Shown piece after piece: positions 61,020-64,000 of a DNA stretch of 64,000 nucleotides. A program made the position numbers and the translations under genes. Location of the stretch: NCBI RefSeq assembly GCF_018350175.1, contig NC_058381.1, positions 42,780,001 to 42,844,000 on the forward strand, written 5' to 3'. The DNA is from Felis catus (taxonomy: Eukaryota). Position 1 is the stretch's first letter. The number at the start of each line of letters is the position of its first letter. The notes under the pieces were generated by a model. That model ran no database searches, was not told the DNA's origin, and saw only the letters and a program-made list of their open reading frames with translations.

Positions 61020-64000
61020 GGGCAACAAATAAAATCTTTTAATCTCTCCATGATGTGTGGCCAGAATGTAACTTTTATTTCCAAACTCTACACTGTAGAG
61101 GCGCTGGGTCTTTCTTATTTTCAGGTGGTAAGGCTCTTCATGAGATTACATGATTTTATACAGATACAATTAACCTAATACCTGGAATCTTCCAATCAAA
61201 ATGACCCACAACTGTGTATCTTTGACTTTCAGGTCCCTTTCAGTCAAGAAAGACCCTTCCTTTATAAAAAGGCATTTCTTAAAGTAGGTTCAAGTATAAC
61301 ATACTTGCCTTTACTGCAAGCTAGCTGGCCAAAAATTTATCATAAACTGTAGATGTTAGAGGTATACGGTCTCCTAAATGAGACAGAAGGAATAAAGCAT
61401 GGACATTTATAAGCTGAAAGGGTAAAGCATCAGTATGACTAACGGGAATGACATTTAAGTCCATTCTTGGTATAAACTGCTTAAAGCCAAGTGTTTTAAG
61501 CCATCACCGACTCCTGTGATCAAGAGCACTGGAGGATGGTTTACTACTGCCATTGTGTAGTTTTGTCAACTATTTTTTTCTTGAAGACCCAAGTTCAGAC
61601 ACAAGACCAATAAATAGTTGGTCTTTGAATACCTTTTACCATAGGCTCTAACTACTTCATAACACTTCCAAGAAGTAGCTCCTGAAACTTGGGAAAGTCA
61701 GGTGAACTGCTTAATTTTACACCATTAAGAAATGACAGAGTTACGGTACCGAATGAGGACTTTTTTTTCTCTTTAAAGACATAGGTGTCCTTGTAAAAGA
61801 CAGATATGTGGGAGTTGTCAGGGCTGTGAAAACCATTTTAGATCACAAAGTTCATTTTTATCAAAAGTAGTTTTTTGCAGATTACTCAAGGAAAATCCCC
61901 AGAAAAATGGACTTCAAATGAGATAACACATTTGTGGCTTTCAATGAGCAAATATAGAAACAGGAAAAACTAAGTCATAAGGCAAAGATGAAGCCACAAA
62001 GCGAACATTAAGACTTCTTTAGGAGAAAATGTTATCTAATTCTCCCTTCAAATTTGAATTAAGAAAAAAGCCTGTTTTATAAATCTCTCCTGGTAACACA
62101 TTTTAACACAAATGAGCAAAAAACACATCGCAATAGATCCAATAGTATATTAAGAAATATAAACATATTGACCATATCCTGGTTCTAGTAGATGGAAGGA
62201 CTAAGCACTCAACTATTTAGAGAAGCAAATGTCATAGGACAGACATGACTTTATGGCAATTCCAAGGAATACAATTTTGATAGGGAAAAAAAACCTGCGG
62301 ACAGGCTTCTTATACTAATACCTGTAAGTTCCAGAATAACCAGAATGATATTTTTATAGATTCGACGTAGACCCAATTCATGGGTTAAGCTAGACGCTGA
62401 TAGGGCCATTTTCCTAATGGAGGTCCGTGACATGCCATTATGGGGAAATGGCTTTGGCAAACTCCCAGGGTTCAAAGGCTGAAGAAATGTACCAAGAAAG
62501 CAGCGAGAGTTGGGAACTCTATGTCATAGCTAAAACTTTGGTGAGAGAGTAGACTCGCCCATGTGAAGTGACTTAGAATATTTTTCTATATACTTGAAGA
62601 TATTGGAAGAATTATCCAGACACAAAATAACATTTTCATCGGAACAAGCCAAGAGGAAACACCGAGGGCACTGTTTGTAGGAACTAAGTAGACGCTTCTG
62701 GCATCACACGTCTTTGCCTGGCATTTCTGCTTGACTCCTTTCCTCTCTGTCACTCTCGAGCCCCCAGCCTTTCCTCTGGCGAAGCCACTGTCTCCTTCAG
62801 GCTCTGTGTAGATGTGCATTGAGTGTGTATGTATCTTCTGTCCTTTGGTTAAGAAATTTCCTTGAATCTCTAGTGACACCAGAGGGGACTGATATCTTCA
62901 TCTTAAATAAGCTTAGGTGTTTAAAAGCTTGCCTGTTTTCTAATAAGCACTTGAATTTCTTTATAAAACACTTGGTATGAAGGAAACTGCACGAGTCTGC
63001 TAATGATCCAGGACATGTCAGGTCTATCGTTTTCTGAAATTCCCCTTCAGTCTCTCCTGAGTTTACTTTCTGATTAAGGTGTTTAGAGATTATAAGGAGT
63101 TTCTCTAGGCTAAAATTTATAGATTAAGAAAAAAAAAAGGGCAAAAAAAGTTAATGCATGGCTGGAAGATAAGCTGAAATTTTCTGAGTAGAACAAAGAA
63201 AGAGATGAAAAAGAAATGCCCAAAGGGTGCTGTTCCAGGATTCTCCTAAATAATAAAGAATGGACATTTTAAAATTAAGACCTAAAAAATAATACTTTTG
63301 CAATTTCAAAGTCAGAGGCGGCTTGCTTTCTATTAGAAAACAGTGAGACACTCAAACCCAAAAGCTCCATGGGAAACAAAGGCCCCTTCCTTTACATCCT
63401 TACCAAGCTCTTGCTTACAAGCTCATAAACTGTAAGACAAACGATGTGAATGGGCTGGGAGAGCGAAGCTCTCCCACAGAATACAGGACTGAAAATATCA
63501 ATAAAATACTGCAAATTGTAAGTGTTATGTGAACATCAATGCTTGTCATTAACAAATAGATATGCCTTGAGGGAATAAATTCTGAAATTCTCTTTAGGTC
63601 TATTTACAGATAGAATCCCCATTCTGACTGGTCTTCTATACAGAAAGAAATCTACATTGGCCGAAGTACAGAAATTATAAAAGTTACGCAGCAAATTACA
63701 CAAAAATAAGGAATTTGGATTTAGGCCTTCTGCCACAGGCAATACAAATGGCTCTGAGTATTTTTAGCCGAGAAGAGATTTTTTTTTATTTCTAATGTTA
63801 ACATCCAAAGAAAATATCCACCACTGGTTTCTTAAGAAACCAGAAAGGCAGGTTTCTGGATAGAGATTTAAGGCAAATCAAATAGGTCCACAACTAAACA
63901 TTGCAGTAGGGCTCATCTTCCAGGCATGGCTTTGCAATAGAGGAATCTTAGTAACACCTCTGGTCAGGGTCTCCACGCTGCTACCAGACTGAGGACACTT
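61020..64000 (-). other. GJC1: Probable distal 3' UTR of GJC1 (connexin 45); CDS outside the window
   Basis: Abrupt shift to AT-rich, repeat-poor sequence. Minus-strand AATAAA (61074-61079) and ATTAAA (61038-61043) are followed by a GT-rich tract. Identity rests only on the recalled ADAM11/GJC1 tail-to-tail synteny. Confidence 0.45.

Noticed and set aside
1-64000. CRISPR arrays, operons, rRNA/tRNA genes or a novel multi-gene system
   Set aside because: Mammalian intron-exon DNA; tRNA-like A/B boxes belong to SINE heads, and all credible coding signal is explained by DBF4B and ADAM11.

Overview
Mammalian genomic DNA from a feliform carnivore, most likely a felid, judged from dense tRNA-derived CAN-SINE/SINEC_Fc elements. 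It matches the DBF4B-ADAM11-GJC1 block (human 17q21.31). The + strand carries the last 11 coding exons of DBF4B (about 1351-19235; the 5' exons lie upstream of the window). It also carries a complete 27-exon ADAM11 gene (ATG 26137, stop 44242, 771 aa, CpG-island promoter). The AT-rich right end is probably the distal 3' UTR of GJC1 on the - strand; this call rests on synteny only. The rest is introns and intergenic DNA with SINEs, old L1/L2/MIR fragments, hAT-type MITEs and two short assembly gaps. I hand-assembled all exons from splice signals, and the reading phases close for both genes. I found no evidence of a new multi-gene system. The best leads are RNA-processing and regulatory features: a GC-AG intron, a dual-use splice site, a stop/start-overlapping uORF, alternative ADAM11 C-termini and an intragenic promoter-like CpG island. 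There is also an unusual 54-bp duplication around a SINE. Comparisons with human proteins and isoforms are from memory and need checking.
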